A DNA stretch of 64,000 nucleotides, taken from Marsupella aquatica. Lineage: Eukaryota; Plantae; Marchantiophyta. Below are positions 1 through 12,393 of the stretch, piece after piece. The DNA lies in NCBI GenBank assembly GCA_973895155.1, contig OZ316891.1, forward strand, positions 24,861,899-24,925,898. The letters are read 5' to 3'. The position numbers and the translations under genes were made by a program. The number at the start of each line of letters is the position of its first letter. The first letter of the stretch is position 1. Under the pieces are notes generated by a model, which was given only the letters and a program-made list of their open reading frames with translations, had not been told where the DNA came from and made no database searches.

Positions 1-863
1 AGACTCGCCCAAACAGTTGTTGACCACATCTTTCATATCATCTTCGGTCAGGTTCTCAAATGTAGGGTAGGATTGTACCATATCCCTCACTTCCCAACAT
101 ATCTCATCTCCAGTGACATCCAAGATGGTATACTCAATCTTGGAACGCCAAATCTTACTTCCCCACTTATGGGAAAGTAAATCATAGATTGCAGTATTAC
201 TTTCACGGTCATCATTTATATTAACAAATGACCAAAGTGGATTGTTGACAGATATATATTGTCGGATGTCATAAGCCTTCCACAATTTTCTAAGGAATGG
301 CCAAAGTATCTCTGGTAGAAAAGTGTCACTCTCGGCAATGTGTGAGAAGGGAGTTGGGAACAAACCACTATACTGTGGATTTGCAAAAGCCTTCACTGGA
401 GAGTCATCAATAAGTAGAGTGTTTGTATCATCATACTTGTCTCCAAAACGACTCCACACCACACGCAAATCCTTCAACATAATATTTGCTTTCCCATCTG
501 CTACGTCCGGTCTTTTTAGGCCAGTATCAAAAGCATCTTCTTGTGTGAAAACAAATTTAAATTGCCTCCGCTCCTCTTCTTTGAAAATCAAATTCATCAT
601 TTCATTAGTTCTTGGCCTCCCCGCACAAGTCCACAATGCGACATCAAAACCTTTGAAAGCCACCTCCAAAAATTGGTGCAACCCTGGCCTTTCCACATAC
701 ATGAAATTGAATCCACCCCGTCTCCCCCAATGCACACCCCGCACAGTTGTTGTAGATCTTAACGGTCCCGAGCTTTTTGTTTTGACGCAATCCCAACAAA
801 TTTTGTTCAGGTCCAAAATCAAGAGTTTTCTTCTTATATCAGAGTGCAATTTAGGAGTGAAAT
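1..863 (-). CDS. FCP1/NIF-type HAD phosphatase domain exon (absent from the ORF track because it runs off the window edge)
   Basis: Manual translation from codon 861 to base 1 has no stop: RRKLLILDLNKIC...YVERPGLHQFLEVAFKGFDVALWT...MLKDLRVVW...NTLLIDDSPVKAFANP. These are NIF-family motifs. Splice acceptor tttgcAG at 864-870. Confidence 0.85.
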
Positions 864-1879
864 CTGCAAAGATCCAAATGAATCAAAATTATATCTAAAA
901 GATATAAAAGAAAAACTTAGGGTCGAACCTGGATCGACCCGACCTAATGGGAAAACAAACATAACATTTTTGAATGTCAAAGCATTTTGATATATCAATG
1001 TAGAAGTACCTTGCTCAAATGCTTTGTCTTGGACCAGGGTACTGCTTGCTGAAGGTAGACCAATAATATCCTTCGATGGAAGAGATGCTATGACAAAACT
1101 TTGGTCTGTCCATATATGATTTCCAAACATAATATTTTAGATTATTGTGAAAAATAGAAGAACAAAACCATAATATTAACCTCCACTACTAAATGACCCA
1201 TATTCATCTATCATTTTATCACCTAGATCACTTTGGATATCAGAATTGATGCCAACAGGAAGCTGCTCCACCAACGTTGGCGGCGCAAACACTGGACTCA
1301 ATCTCAATTTGTCTATTATGTAATCAGGTTTGACCATTAACTTAGGCGCATCCTCCAACGTTTCTTTCAATCCAACTTTAGGTCCATTTCTCCAAATGAA
1401 ATGAGTTGCATGACGGACTGTCTTCATATATCCTGTTCTACCTATCTCAGATCCAGACTTTTTAGACAAGCGTAATATTATGGGGCTTCCGCTTGACATC
1501 CTTGTGAAGACCAATTTATTCCCTAGCGAACAAAATTGAGGAGACTCGGAACAAGTTGAAGCACCTGCCTCTTCAGCTTCAACATTTGTTGTCTCTCCAA
1601 GTGGAAGGTTGTCTTCAATCGCTTCTGCAATACCAACTTGTAGGTCCGTGGTGGGTGTAGTGGCCCCAATATTTTGCCAACCTGCATCCAATGTGCACGA
1701 TACCTGCGGTCTCTCGGGATGCAATTTTGATACTTCAGGGTTGAGAGGATTTGATGGAGGGTCGCTCTCAGGGCGACCCGACATCACTATGTCGAGTTGA
1801 GGTAGCCCTTCAACACCGTAGGTAGTAATGCCAACCATTTCTGTTGCTCGAGCATCCCAATTTCCGCCAAAATCCTCCT

Positions 1880-3460
1880 CTACCATTGGACTTGAACCTC
1901 CATCATCATGCTGCAACTCACCATCCTCAAGGTCAACTCGCTGAGGGCCCGGTTGGGGTTGTCCATAGGCCCGCAAAGAACACTTAGATGAGCTCTACTA
2001 GGACCATGTACTCCCATCCGCTCTTTCATAAGGGAGGGAATCCTGTTGCACAAAACCCTTGCATATGCTTGGGTGAAATGGTGTTCTTGCAAAGTGTCTG
2101 AATAGACAAAACAATCTCGGTATGCCAACAAGGCCACCTTCAAAACCTGCCCTCCTGAAAAAAAATCGAGGACAGTCTCCCCCTCACCGGAAAAACATTC
2201 AATAATATTTTTGAGCATGTGTCGGGGCTTGGCATGCGGATTGACAAATCCTCCTCGACTTCCGACCATCTCAAACATTGGAGCTTGCCGCAATAAATCT
2301 GCCATATCAAATGCGGGAGACTGCTCCTCTGTCTCATTCTCTTTTCCCTTGCTTTTCTCTTGCTTGTCAGCCTTCACTTCAATATTGAAATCACAGTCAA
2401 CATCGGGGTGAAAACTAAATTTTGAATTGAACTCTGGCTTAAACAATTGATTCCAATCAAAATTGTCTTCACCTGTAATTCCAACAAAAATGACCTGCTC
2501 AATCGCTCCTGTAAAAATTAAGCCCTGCGGATTTGGGCGATCTTCCCGATCATAACTCCCGTATTCAACATGGATGGCCAAATGCTTTTCATGTCCTAAT
2601 TTCCTTAGGGCACTTAAGATGTTGGCTGGAAGTGGCCCTGGATGAGTAGTCATGACAACTACAATGGTTGTATTCCTTGGCAACTCCACAATATATTGGA
2701 GCAATACAAAAATTTCCGAATCTGTCCATTCATGTTGTCGTGCCCTACTAAAATCAACAATTGCAAGTGGACACATTGGCGTCGCCTCTTCCAATAACTC
2801 TGGCGTGGTTGTCTTCATTAGATTCTCACTGAAGAACATCAAGAAAGGCTCTGTTCGTGTGCGCCCAACTCCACCAAATTGTTTGCAGTACAACCCGTCT
2901 AATCTCACCATTAGACTTTGAGGGAAAGCCTCCTTCACAATGTTCTTCCTTAATAAACTGCTAAGGTAGACCTCCCCAGCTGCTCTTCGCAATTTTGTCA
3001 ACTCAAGTTGAGATCCCAAGGCCGGCATGATGTTGACCACCGAAGCCCACGATGTCCCCCCGGGAAACTTCTCCTTGTGCTTCTCAACAAAGTACTCAAC
3101 AATGACTTGCTTCAATTTAGTCATTACCTTGATGGTATGAGCCATATCTGGCATTGACACCAGATCCATCTTGTTGGAGGCATCTTTCTTGAGAAGTGCT
3201 TTCTTCTCATAAACCGCGGTCAATATATCAATGATATCCTTAGGACTGATCTCCCCTTCAAAATCTAAAAAGAGTTGGCGTGACCAACTTTAGTGGCCGC
3301 GGCCCACCATACTCTCCTGCCCCGCCAGGAGCTTCCCTGCCAACCAATCCCAACAAACAGTTTGCCATAAATGGAAAAGCTTATCCTCAGCCAAGAGCAA
3401 CCAAAAAATGGCTTTCAAGCTCGACTTTCCCATTGTTATCTTTGCGAGGGCAAACCAATC
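1880..3460 (-). CDS. beta-class amino-methyltransferase-like domain, catalytic motif degenerate
   Basis: C-terminal NPHAKPRHMLKNIIECFSGEGETVLDFFSGG matches the N6_N4_Mtase KP..L...I..FS..G..VLDxFxG signature. PLAIVDFS lies where DPPY/SPPY is expected. Confidence 0.65.
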
Positions 3461-3672
3461 CTGCATTTACATTCATCCACCAAAAAACATGTTAGATGTT
3501 TAAACTTAGAAACTTCAACTTCTCTGCCTCGCCCCTAGAGCGAGGCGAAGAAAATGACAAAGCCATATGAAAATGGTTGGGGCAATCATTGTATTCATCG
3601 TTCAATTTCATTTGGGTCGCTCCAAGAGCGAGGCAAAATTAAACTACAGTTCCAACTAATGAAAATGTTTAC

Positions 3673-5189
3673 CTGGTATTTCTGGTTGTCTGTACTTTGG
3701 TTTGTTCCAATTCCTGGATGCGGTGGTTTCCCACATTCATCAAATTGCCTTCTCGCATGAACAACTATCTCTAGAAAACAAGACTTAAACTGCATGGTCT
3801 GATTTACTGCATTTGAAAGGCTCAAGTGCTCGACCAAAATTGCCCTTGGAGTGAGGTCTGATAAGATCCTCGCTTTCCGATATTGGAGTTTGCTAGCAAG
3901 ATCAGTTAGCTTGGCATCCTTGTCTGCCCACCCTTGAATCCATTGTGCAGCCTTTGCGGAATGTTGCCCACTGACTGCAAGAAATTGTATCTCTTGCTTC
4001 TTAACACCAAACAAAAATTGCTTCCGATCGCGTGCGGTATTGTCAAAATGTAACAACTGCTTAGTGCGCTCTAGAAATGGAATCAAATCTGCAACATGTG
4101 GTTCCTGGCCAGGGTTTTTCATCATTGATTTTGCTATCTCTAAGGCATGAGCCTGGTTGAACATCCGATACACAAAAACTGCAGTAGGCGGAAGAATACT
4201 TTTAACCGGGATTTCAAAAACCTCCCTGATTCCAAAAGTGTAGTATTGCTCGATGTTCCGCAAAGCTTTCTGCCCCTCCAATACATCTCGTTCCTCTGGT
4301 GCATCTGTTGGGCATGTATCATCCTCCGGATCCAAGACCAACCTTGCTTTTGACGCTGACACGGGCTTTGATTTTCCAATCTTGGCCTTCTTCTTGGGCT
4401 TCTTGTCGGAGTCCTTATCTTTCTTCTTCAACGCCGCCTTTTTTCCTCTAGTACTTCCTTCACGCCTTGGCTCTCTTTGTTTTCTCTTCTTCTGTGTTTC
4501 AGCCGACGTCATTTCTTTGGCCTTCATCTTCATCTTCCCCTTACCTCGATGCTTTTCTTCCTTCTTCTTTTGAGTTGAAATCCACTTCATGCAAGCATCT
4601 TCGTCAAACTCATCAGAGAAAATAAAACTCTTATCAATTGCTTGCTCATATGAAAAGCGTGTTGTTTCAATCATCCTCTGGACAACCCATGTGTTAGGAA
4701 GATCTATAAGGTCCGGGTGATCATGCATGTACCGCTTCACAGAGAGGAATCCAAAGACAACATCAATCCCACTCAATTTGAATTTTCCATGCCTCTCAAG
4801 AACATCCTCTGCAGTGAACCCATCTGGAAGAAATCCCATTGAACAAATACTAGCCTCCGAGCGTGCTATCCACTCCACGTTGATAATTGCCGAGTACATC
4901 CTGATTGGCAAGTAAAGTCTCATCCACTGAGATCTTTCTCTGGATTCAATAATGATTGTAACATTGCGGTTATCACTACAATTTACAAGGACCACAGGGC
5001 CCAACGCAACTATCTTCTTGTTGTTCATTGTCTCAGCAGTGATTGCCTTGATACAAATCATCGACAAGTCATTCTCCATGATCCCTACTTCAAGTGCCCA
5101 CGAAAATCCTGCCTTATCTTGTCCAGGGAAAATAAAGTCCTTGACATCCTCGGCCATAATATTTAACTCTGGGGATCCAAGTTGTTCTC
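3673..5189 (-). CDS. Exon with Lys-rich linker and ParB/Srx-like domain
   Basis: EIPVKSILPP...YRMFNQAHALEIAKSMM...FLAVSGQHSAKA resembles the ParB N-domain IxGxHR motif. Confidence 0.6.
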
Positions 5190-5296
5190 CTGGCAAAACA
5201 AATTTAAACGACAAACATTAAAGCAAGAGATCTTCTATGTTGCCTCGCCCCTAGAGCGAGCTGGAGACAAGGTCTGCATCAACAAACATGTGGGTT

Positions 5297-5532
5297 GGGT
5301 TGCTCCTGGAGCGACCCTAGGAAAACTTAAATCAAGGTCCAATCAACAACAAATTTGGGTCGCTCCTAGAGCGACCCTAGGAAAACTTAAATGAAGGTCC
5401 AACCAACAACAAAGTTGGGTCGCTCCTGGAGCGACCCTAGGAAAACTTAAATCAAGGTCCAACCAACAACAAATTTGGGTCGCTCATGGAGCGACCCTAG
5501 GAAAACTTAAATCAACGTCCAACCAATAACAA
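5297..5532. repeat. 60-bp tandem repeat x4 (intronic), each unit with palindrome GGGTCGCTCCTGGAGCGACCC
   Basis: Units start at 5297, 5357, 5417 and 5477. Confidence 0.9.
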
Positions 5533-6069
5533 CGACAAATATTAGGCAAGATAGGGTCGCTCTAAGAGCGACCCTTCAAAGACTAACTTGCATCAATTGT
5601 TGAATCATACTTACGTGGAACTGTGATATGAAATCCCTTTGAGGCGGCCAAAGCGGATTCCACCGACATCTTTAGTAAAGTGTCTTGAGAATCATACTCA
5701 AAGATTTTACTAGAATCAAAGTTCAAGGACTGCCCAGAACTAGAAGTGCTAGTAGAATCATCAGAACTAGAGGAAGTGGCCATTGAAAAATGCCTCACAA
5801 ACGTTAAGATGACACATGGCAGGCTAGTATACAAGAACGCCTATAGCTAGACCACACCACGGAGCGAGGCTACAGAGCAAGGAAAAAAATCTACTATGAG
5901 CAAGGGAAAATCAACAGAGCGAGGCAAGAAAATCTACTATGAGCTAGGCAAGAGGGAGGAGGGAAACCAGGGCAGCCGGGCAAGAAGACAATGAAGGAGG
6001 AGATGGATGCAAGAAGACAATGAGGCAAATGAGGTAATGTCTTTGCCTTTTGCCTTCCTATTCCCTCAC

Positions 6070-6225
6070 TGCCACGGCCGATCCTACCTGCGACCCCAGC
6101 CACGGCCGATCCTACGTGCGACCCCAGCCACAGCCGATCCTACGTGCGACCCCCAGCCACGGCCGATTGTACCTTCAATGCCCAGCCATGGCCGATCGTA
6201 CGCAACCTTACGCAACCCAGCCACT
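6070..6225. repeat. ~28-bp tandem repeat (CCCAGCCACGGCCGATCCTACGTGCGAC) x~5
   Basis: Directly visible between the two divergent genes. Confidence 0.85.
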
Positions 6226-6906
6226 TGCTCCCTTCCACGCGCCTGTGAACTCGCAACCCTCATAATGACCTAGTTGTACGGGTATCCATAGATTTTGAAA
6301 AATGATGCACTGTCGTACGGGTGTCCACAGAATGCCGATCAGAGTAATCAGACTTTCAGCCGCTCGATGTTGTGAACCCCTGACAAACTTGGCTAAAGCC
6401 TGCTCACAAATGGTATAAAGCTCTACAGTTCCAATCATTTCTCTCTTTTGTATGGCGCGTGCGTTTCTGGTCATTGCTCACCCTTCGGCCCTTGTCTATC
6501 TTGCTTCTGTTTGGTGACTGATTCGACTGACTTGGACATTTATGGTTACAAGAGTTCGTGCAAGGAAAGTCCTGTTTCAAGTACATTGCATTAGTTTTGG
6601 TGTCCTTGGTTGGCGACACGTCTTCTATAGTCCTTAAGAGAGGTATTACTTCATCTACCATTCTCTTAATTTCTTCTCTATGATATCCACCAAATATTTG
6701 GCCCTAGCTTTATCTTAATATATGGACCTAACTAAGCCCTAGATAATGTAGGGTTCCTAACGACACACTCGTCTACCCACACGTCTACACACTTCGATGG
6801 TCTAATTCAGCTTAATCATTCCCCTGATTTATTCATTTCCATATTTTCTCTTTTCCTTCACAATTCTTGCTTCTCCAGGATTTGCTTGTCTTTTCTTGCT
6901 CTCCCC

Positions 6907-7310
6907 TTGCCTCGCTCCAAGAGCGTCATGCCCTTGCCTCGCTCCAAGAGCGTCATACACTTACCTTTCATCAGGAGCATCCTGCCCTTTCTTTTCTCCA
7001 AGGGCATCCGCTCTCCATTGCCTCGCCATCAGAGCGTCCCTCAACCGCCTCGCCCCTAGAGCGACCCTCCATCGCCTAGCCCCTAGAGCGACCCTCATTC
7101 ACCTTGCCCCTAGAGCGTCTCTCCATCGCCTCGCCCCTAGAGTGACCCTCATTCACCTCGCCCTAGAGCGTCCCTCCATCACCTTGCCTCTAGAGTGACC
7201 CTCCATCGCCTCATCCCTAGAGCGACCCTCCATCGCCTCGCCCCTAGAGCAACCCTCCATCGCCTCGCCCCTAGAGCGTCGCAACCTTGCCTCGCTCCAA
7301 GAGCGTCCCT
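6907..7310. repeat. ~27-bp tandem array of GCCTCGCCCCTAGAGCGACCCTCCATC units
   Basis: More than 10 degenerate copies with the same TCGC-N7-GCGA core as the intronic repeat. Confidence 0.9.
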
Positions 7311-7690
7311 GACCTTAGAATCCTGTTGTGTAAACCCAATACACATAAACTCCCAAATATTTTTTTCCTTTGAATAGAATTCAAATGTTTAGATCTAAAA
7401 TTGTAATATCTAGAGTAGTGCTTATCAGTATGCACATTAGCTGAACAATTTTTAAATGTTTTTGGATGCAGAGATCCTTTCGCTACCATGAGTAAATTTA
7501 TGCGAGGGGATGAAGTTTCATTGATAATTGATGGTTTTGAAGTGGCAATTGGGACCATCCAAAAGGTTGATCCCAAAGACACTATACACAATATTTGTCT
7601 TGGGAAAAATCGAATTGGGGTCCTTATCGAGAGGTGTCTTGAAACATCTTGTCCACTACCATTTCCATCCAAAACATCATCGCGCCTAGG

Positions 7691-10600
7691 TCGCCTAGCC
7701 AAGAATCACTCGACCAGTTAAGGGGGTAAAGCAGGAATACACCCTGGAAACACCTTAGTATAGGGACAAAACAAGAAGAATATAAACAATTAGGGGCGAC
7801 TATGGAACCCGGGCCGAGGCCGGAGGTAAGAACGTTGGGGGTGAAAACTCGATTAGGGTTAGGGCGTGCTAAGCGTCGGCGGCTAGGAAGGATCAACGGG
7901 AGGAAGGACCGGAGGAGGAGAGGGGTAAGGAGCGCTTGCAGGAGACGGTGGCTCATTTGCGAGCAGGAACTAGGCAGACGACTACGGGAGGCCAACTACT
8001 GTCAGCTGCTTGGGCAAGCACTCGGGGAGGGAGTAGATACCAACGATCAACCTAAGGAGGGTATGAGCAACGTCAATCAAGCGGCACATTTCTGGGGATG
8101 CCTGTTCGAACGGGCAACTGAGTACATCAAGACTTACGAGGACGAAGAATCAGAAAGAGTAGCTCGAGAATGACAGGAGCTCGCTAGATTGTGGGAGCTG
8201 CAAAAAACGGCTTTCTTAGGAGGCGAACTCATCAAGGCTGAGTTCTTGTGGACTCCTACTTCCAATCAGCTTGACGATCTTCTGTTTTGCAAGGACAGCA
8301 TCATCGGCATCCGAGAGGCCATCAAGAACTGCAACGACATACACTGGGAATTAAAGGGTAGCACAGAAAGGTGGACCCAGGCAACAGTGCTAGGAGAAAC
8401 CTCCACGGCAGCTGAGATGAAGAGGAAGGGAGTCGTCAACGATGAAGCCACCCCGGCAAAAAGAACGAGGTCGGCGGCACCAAAGAAACCAGCCGAACAG
8501 CAGAGCAGGAGGCAGAGCGAAGCCGAGGAGGAAAGCGACCCCATCAATGCCATTCCAACCAGGGATGACACCTGGAAGGGCTGGGCGGCAACTCTACCAA
8601 TGGAGGTGCAACTACATTTTGCACGGGAGGAGGATGCATGCTTTACGGCCATGCAGACCAAGAAGTACCAAGGCTTCATGGCCGGATCCGGCTTGGAAGC
8701 CTTTGTAAGATTACCATGGCTGAAGCCGGAGGTGCCGGATTCAGACCTATTAGAATTCGTGGGGTCATGGGAACCCGAGACCAATTGCACGAGGATATAT
8801 GGGAAGGATTTCTATCTTAATCCCAAGGTGATTGCCGAAGTGTTTGGCTTGCCGATAGGCAATAAGACCAAGGTTGATACCAGGAAGACCTTGCCTGACA
8901 AAGAGTTCCGGTCGTTCCCCGGACCATCAACGAAGAATGGCTTCTTCCGGAGCACCTGTACCAACCCGCACATTGGAGAGATGATCGACTTCTTGCGGGT
9001 AACCATGCATTGTAACTTGCCAAGGGCAGAGATCGGCAAGGCACAGGTCTATCTGGCAGAGAGACCAGACCCAAGCCGGGACTACAACGGGTACCTCCTC
9101 AACCAATTGAAGAAAATCTTGAAGGAGGAGCAGCAGGTAATCGGCATGGGGAGCGTATCGCGGCTTGGCTATCACATGCCGCTGTTGTGCCGGTATGCCA
9201 GAGGTCAGACCTTTGCCCCGGTACTTCCCCTACAGGCAAGGGCACTAGTTCCGGAACAGAGACAGGCAACGGAGAAACCCAAACCGCCCGACAGTCCTAC
9301 AATCGACCAGGTGTTTAGACCAAGAATGGAGGACTTGCCGATGCAGCAACCAGGCATGCAGAGTCTGCTGAAGCTGCTGGAGAAAGAAAAGAGATCGGCA
9401 TCGGCAACGACAATGGCAGCGGCAACAATGAACGACACTGTTCCAGAGGTAGGCCTAAACCGGCTTACAAAGGAGAACCCCTTTACTGGAGTCAGGAGAG
9501 ACGGAGGCCGGAACACAAGCCGGGAGTTCGGATGTATGTAGGAGCCTCTAGTCCCGAAGCCGAGGAGAAGCAGGCCGTAACTCCCGACCATAGTAAGGAG
9601 AGCAGGAGATCAACACGGAGACCGGAGGAGGAACCAAGACCGGCAGGAGGTGAAGCCGTGTTCACACCAAAACCAGGAGACGAGCGGGAGAAGCTGGTAG
9701 TCCAAGCCAAGGAGGAGGCGGTGGAGGACTACAGCAATGATAACTCCGGCTATGGGTCGGATCATCATGTTCCAGGAGTAAGGACCTGTGGTCGCTTCAT
9801 CCCCACGCTCCCAAGAGTAGTCCGAGGAGACCCGAGCCAGCAGAGCAGCCCCGAGTCTCCCCCACCAGATGTCGCTCCCCCAAGCTTTGACGGCATAAAA
9901 CAGACGGTGCAAGAATTTCAAGAGCGAATCAAGGAGGAAGAGGAGGCAGCCCTGGCTAGAGAAAAGGATTTACCAGGAGGGGAATGGCCAGAGAACATCA
10001 GGCGGCTAGCCAAAAAAGGAAGCAAACCTCTAGCCACGATTGAAGAGACCCGCAAGACTGCTTGGGAGCAGAGGCCGCGATGGGGGATGCCGATCACTTC
10101 TACCTACTCCACCTACGCTAAGAATAGAGCAATGGAGTATGGTGAGATGTGTGGGGAACTTGCGCTCGGCATCTTTGGGGAGGAATTGGAGGTAGGACCC
10201 TTTTTCCATAGGGAGCAGTTGGAGAAGCGCCAATTGGAAGAAGCGGTGGCCTTGGAAAGAAGCAAGAAGGACGAGGTCATCCGGCGGCTTAGGAGGATGG
10301 AAGCCGAGATTGAAGATCTAAGGACGGCCAAGAAAGCCCAAGATGAGCTGCGGATTAAACGGCATGAGCTAAATATCATGCAGGGGCAGTTGGACATAGC
10401 GCAGGCGGATAGTCAGATTATCAAGGATAAACTGACTCAGGCCCAAGGAGAATTGGCCGACGCAATCAAGGACCGGGAGAAATGGAAAAAGGAGCTGAGA
10501 GACGCAGAGGAGGCCCATATAGCAGTCAACAACCGGGTCATGGCGGAGACCCAAAGAAAGGAATGGGCGTTGAAAGGGGAGCTCGAGAAAAGCCGCGGAG

Positions 10601-12393
10601 CCCTTGAACAAAAGGAGGTCGAGTTAGGGAAATCCTATCAAGGGATTATTGCGCTGCAGCAGGAGCTTGCGTCCCTAACGGCCACCTTCAAAGCCAACCT
10701 AAGGGAGAAGGACGATATGCTCGATCAGACTTATGCCAAGATGAACCAGATGGAGTCTGTCATCATTGCAGAGCTCGACAAGGAGCTAAGAGCAACCCGG
10801 GAGGAGAGGGCTACCTTGAAGAAGGAATTGGAGGAAGCCCACAGGGAGCAGGAGGAGGCCAAAAACAAGCTAGAGGGGGCACGTAAGGACCTGGATGAGA
10901 CCCAAGAGGAGTTGGAGGAAATCACGAGGAAGATGGAGAACCTACAGCGGCGGGCCGACAACCAAACAGAGCGGCTGAAGAAACAAGCCGCAGTATTTAA
11001 ATGCTTAGCTGCAGCAGGTCCATCTCCCGTTGGGGCAAACCAGTTACCAGGGGTGGTAATTGCCGAAGGACAAGCCGCGCCACCTGCACCAGTGCCGGAA
11101 GTAAGTGGGAAGGGGAAGGGACCAGCTGCCGAGCCAGCAACAAAGAAGAAGCAGAAACCTTCAGGGTCAAGGAGTAATACGACTCCACGGGCCGAGGTGA
11201 CCAAGGAGGTAGACCCGGCAACGACCCCAGACAAGATCAAGGCAGAGGATCCAACTACCCTAGGGGAAGGGGAGGCCGAAGCCGTGAGTGAGGATGAGGC
11301 CGAAGCCGGGGGTGATGCCGAGGCCGGTGTCGGGGCCGAAGCCGAAGGTGGACCCAGTCAGGCCGATGGAGAGTTGACTCAGTCAAGGGCAGGTAATCTG
11401 TCAGTAGACGGGCCAGCGGCAGTGGCTGAGGAGGAAGCGTTGGGGGCGTCCATTGGGGATCCTCCACCGGTGTCGTGACGGTGCAAGGGGGCCGCTCCTT
11501 TCAAGGAGGGCGGACGTGGAGGTAGGAGGCGTGAGTGGGCCGGGCGGGCGCTGATCTCCAGGTTTAAGATTAGGATCAGGACCAGGAGCGGCCCTGACAC
11601 TTAGCTTAGTGGGATTGCGGTTCCACTGGTAAGAGCAGCACTTGTACTCTTGCCTCGCTGTACATAGGTAGATTCGGGCAGGTAGATTACTGTTAGGTAG
11701 ATTAGGCTTACGCTGCAAAGAATTAGGCGGATCCGCTACCAGGATAAGTACCTGGGCTGCGGGGAGCTCAGGGCCTCTTCTTTAACAAGTTTTTAGTTTG
11801 CACCAGCCGGGCTGGGATCAAATAGTAAGAGAAGCTCTCGGTTAGTTATACCGTGACCTTGTGTATATTCATGTTTCCTCATGCCTAAGAGCTGAATAGA
11901 GTTGGCCTCACGGCTTAGTTCGCAGAGCTTGTGTATGAGATGTACTGTTTGTATGGCAAGTGCATGGTATGACTCAGTCAGAAGGAGTCATTTTACTATT
12001 TGTGTGTCGCATTAACTTGTGTGAAGAGTGCCCACATCAACTAATAGGGAAAGGAAAGTAAGCAAGGGAGTGAGAGTTGGATGTGTCGAGCTGAGAGAGG
12101 TCTTAGCGGCTTAACCAAGCCTATTGGGGATCATTCCGGCGGCGGAATCCAAATATACCTAACCAGAAGGAGAGGAATACAAGGGAAGGCCTAGAGTAGG
12201 CCGGCTTCATATCTCATGACCCGATGAAGGATCTGTCCAGTATATGTGTGTAAAATGTTAATAGATGTAGAAGAGTTTAGCAACGTCCCATGCCTCTAAG
12301 CCGCGGAAACAGCCCCGCCAAGCGCGAAACCTGCGGGAATCGGCTTGTGCTGGGGGGGTTTCTTGGGTTTAGGGAGCCATGGGACGCACCACA
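7691..12393 (+). mobile_element. Solo LTR, family A (4.7 kb, coding)
   Basis: TSD CTAGG at 7686-7690 and 12394-12398. Ends ...GGACGCACCACA, 5' end slightly eroded. Colinear with the LTRs of the full-length element. Confidence 0.95.
7802..11478 (+). pseudogene. LTR-encoded ORF (PMD/Athila-ORF1-like domain + coiled coil), broken by a stop at 8171 and a frameshift near 9495
   Basis: ORFs 7802, 8189 and 9532. Motif LPW...LLEFVGSW...TRIYGKDFYL...IAEVFGLP, then a long E/K-rich heptad region. Confidence 0.8.

Larger units (their letters stand above)
1..5783 (-). pseudogene. Multi-exon gene: Lys-rich + ParB-like + N4/N6 DNA-methyltransferase-like + FCP1-like phosphatase
   Basis: Phase-consistent GT-AG model: 5783-5588, 5189-3673, 3460-~1181, 1105-1010, 863-<1. 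One in-frame TAA at 3290-3292 and a frameshift or short intron near 1980. Confidence 0.7.

Noticed and set aside
5297-7310. Palindromic repeat arrays as CRISPR
   Set aside because: The sequence between repeats is itself repeated (no unique spacers), there are no cas genes, and the context is eukaryotic.
8266-11718. Recurring antisense ORFs in the LTRs (e.g. 174 aa, 169 aa) and the + strand ORF 323-898
   Set aside because: They are shadows of the coding frame on the other strand and recur only because the LTR is repeated.
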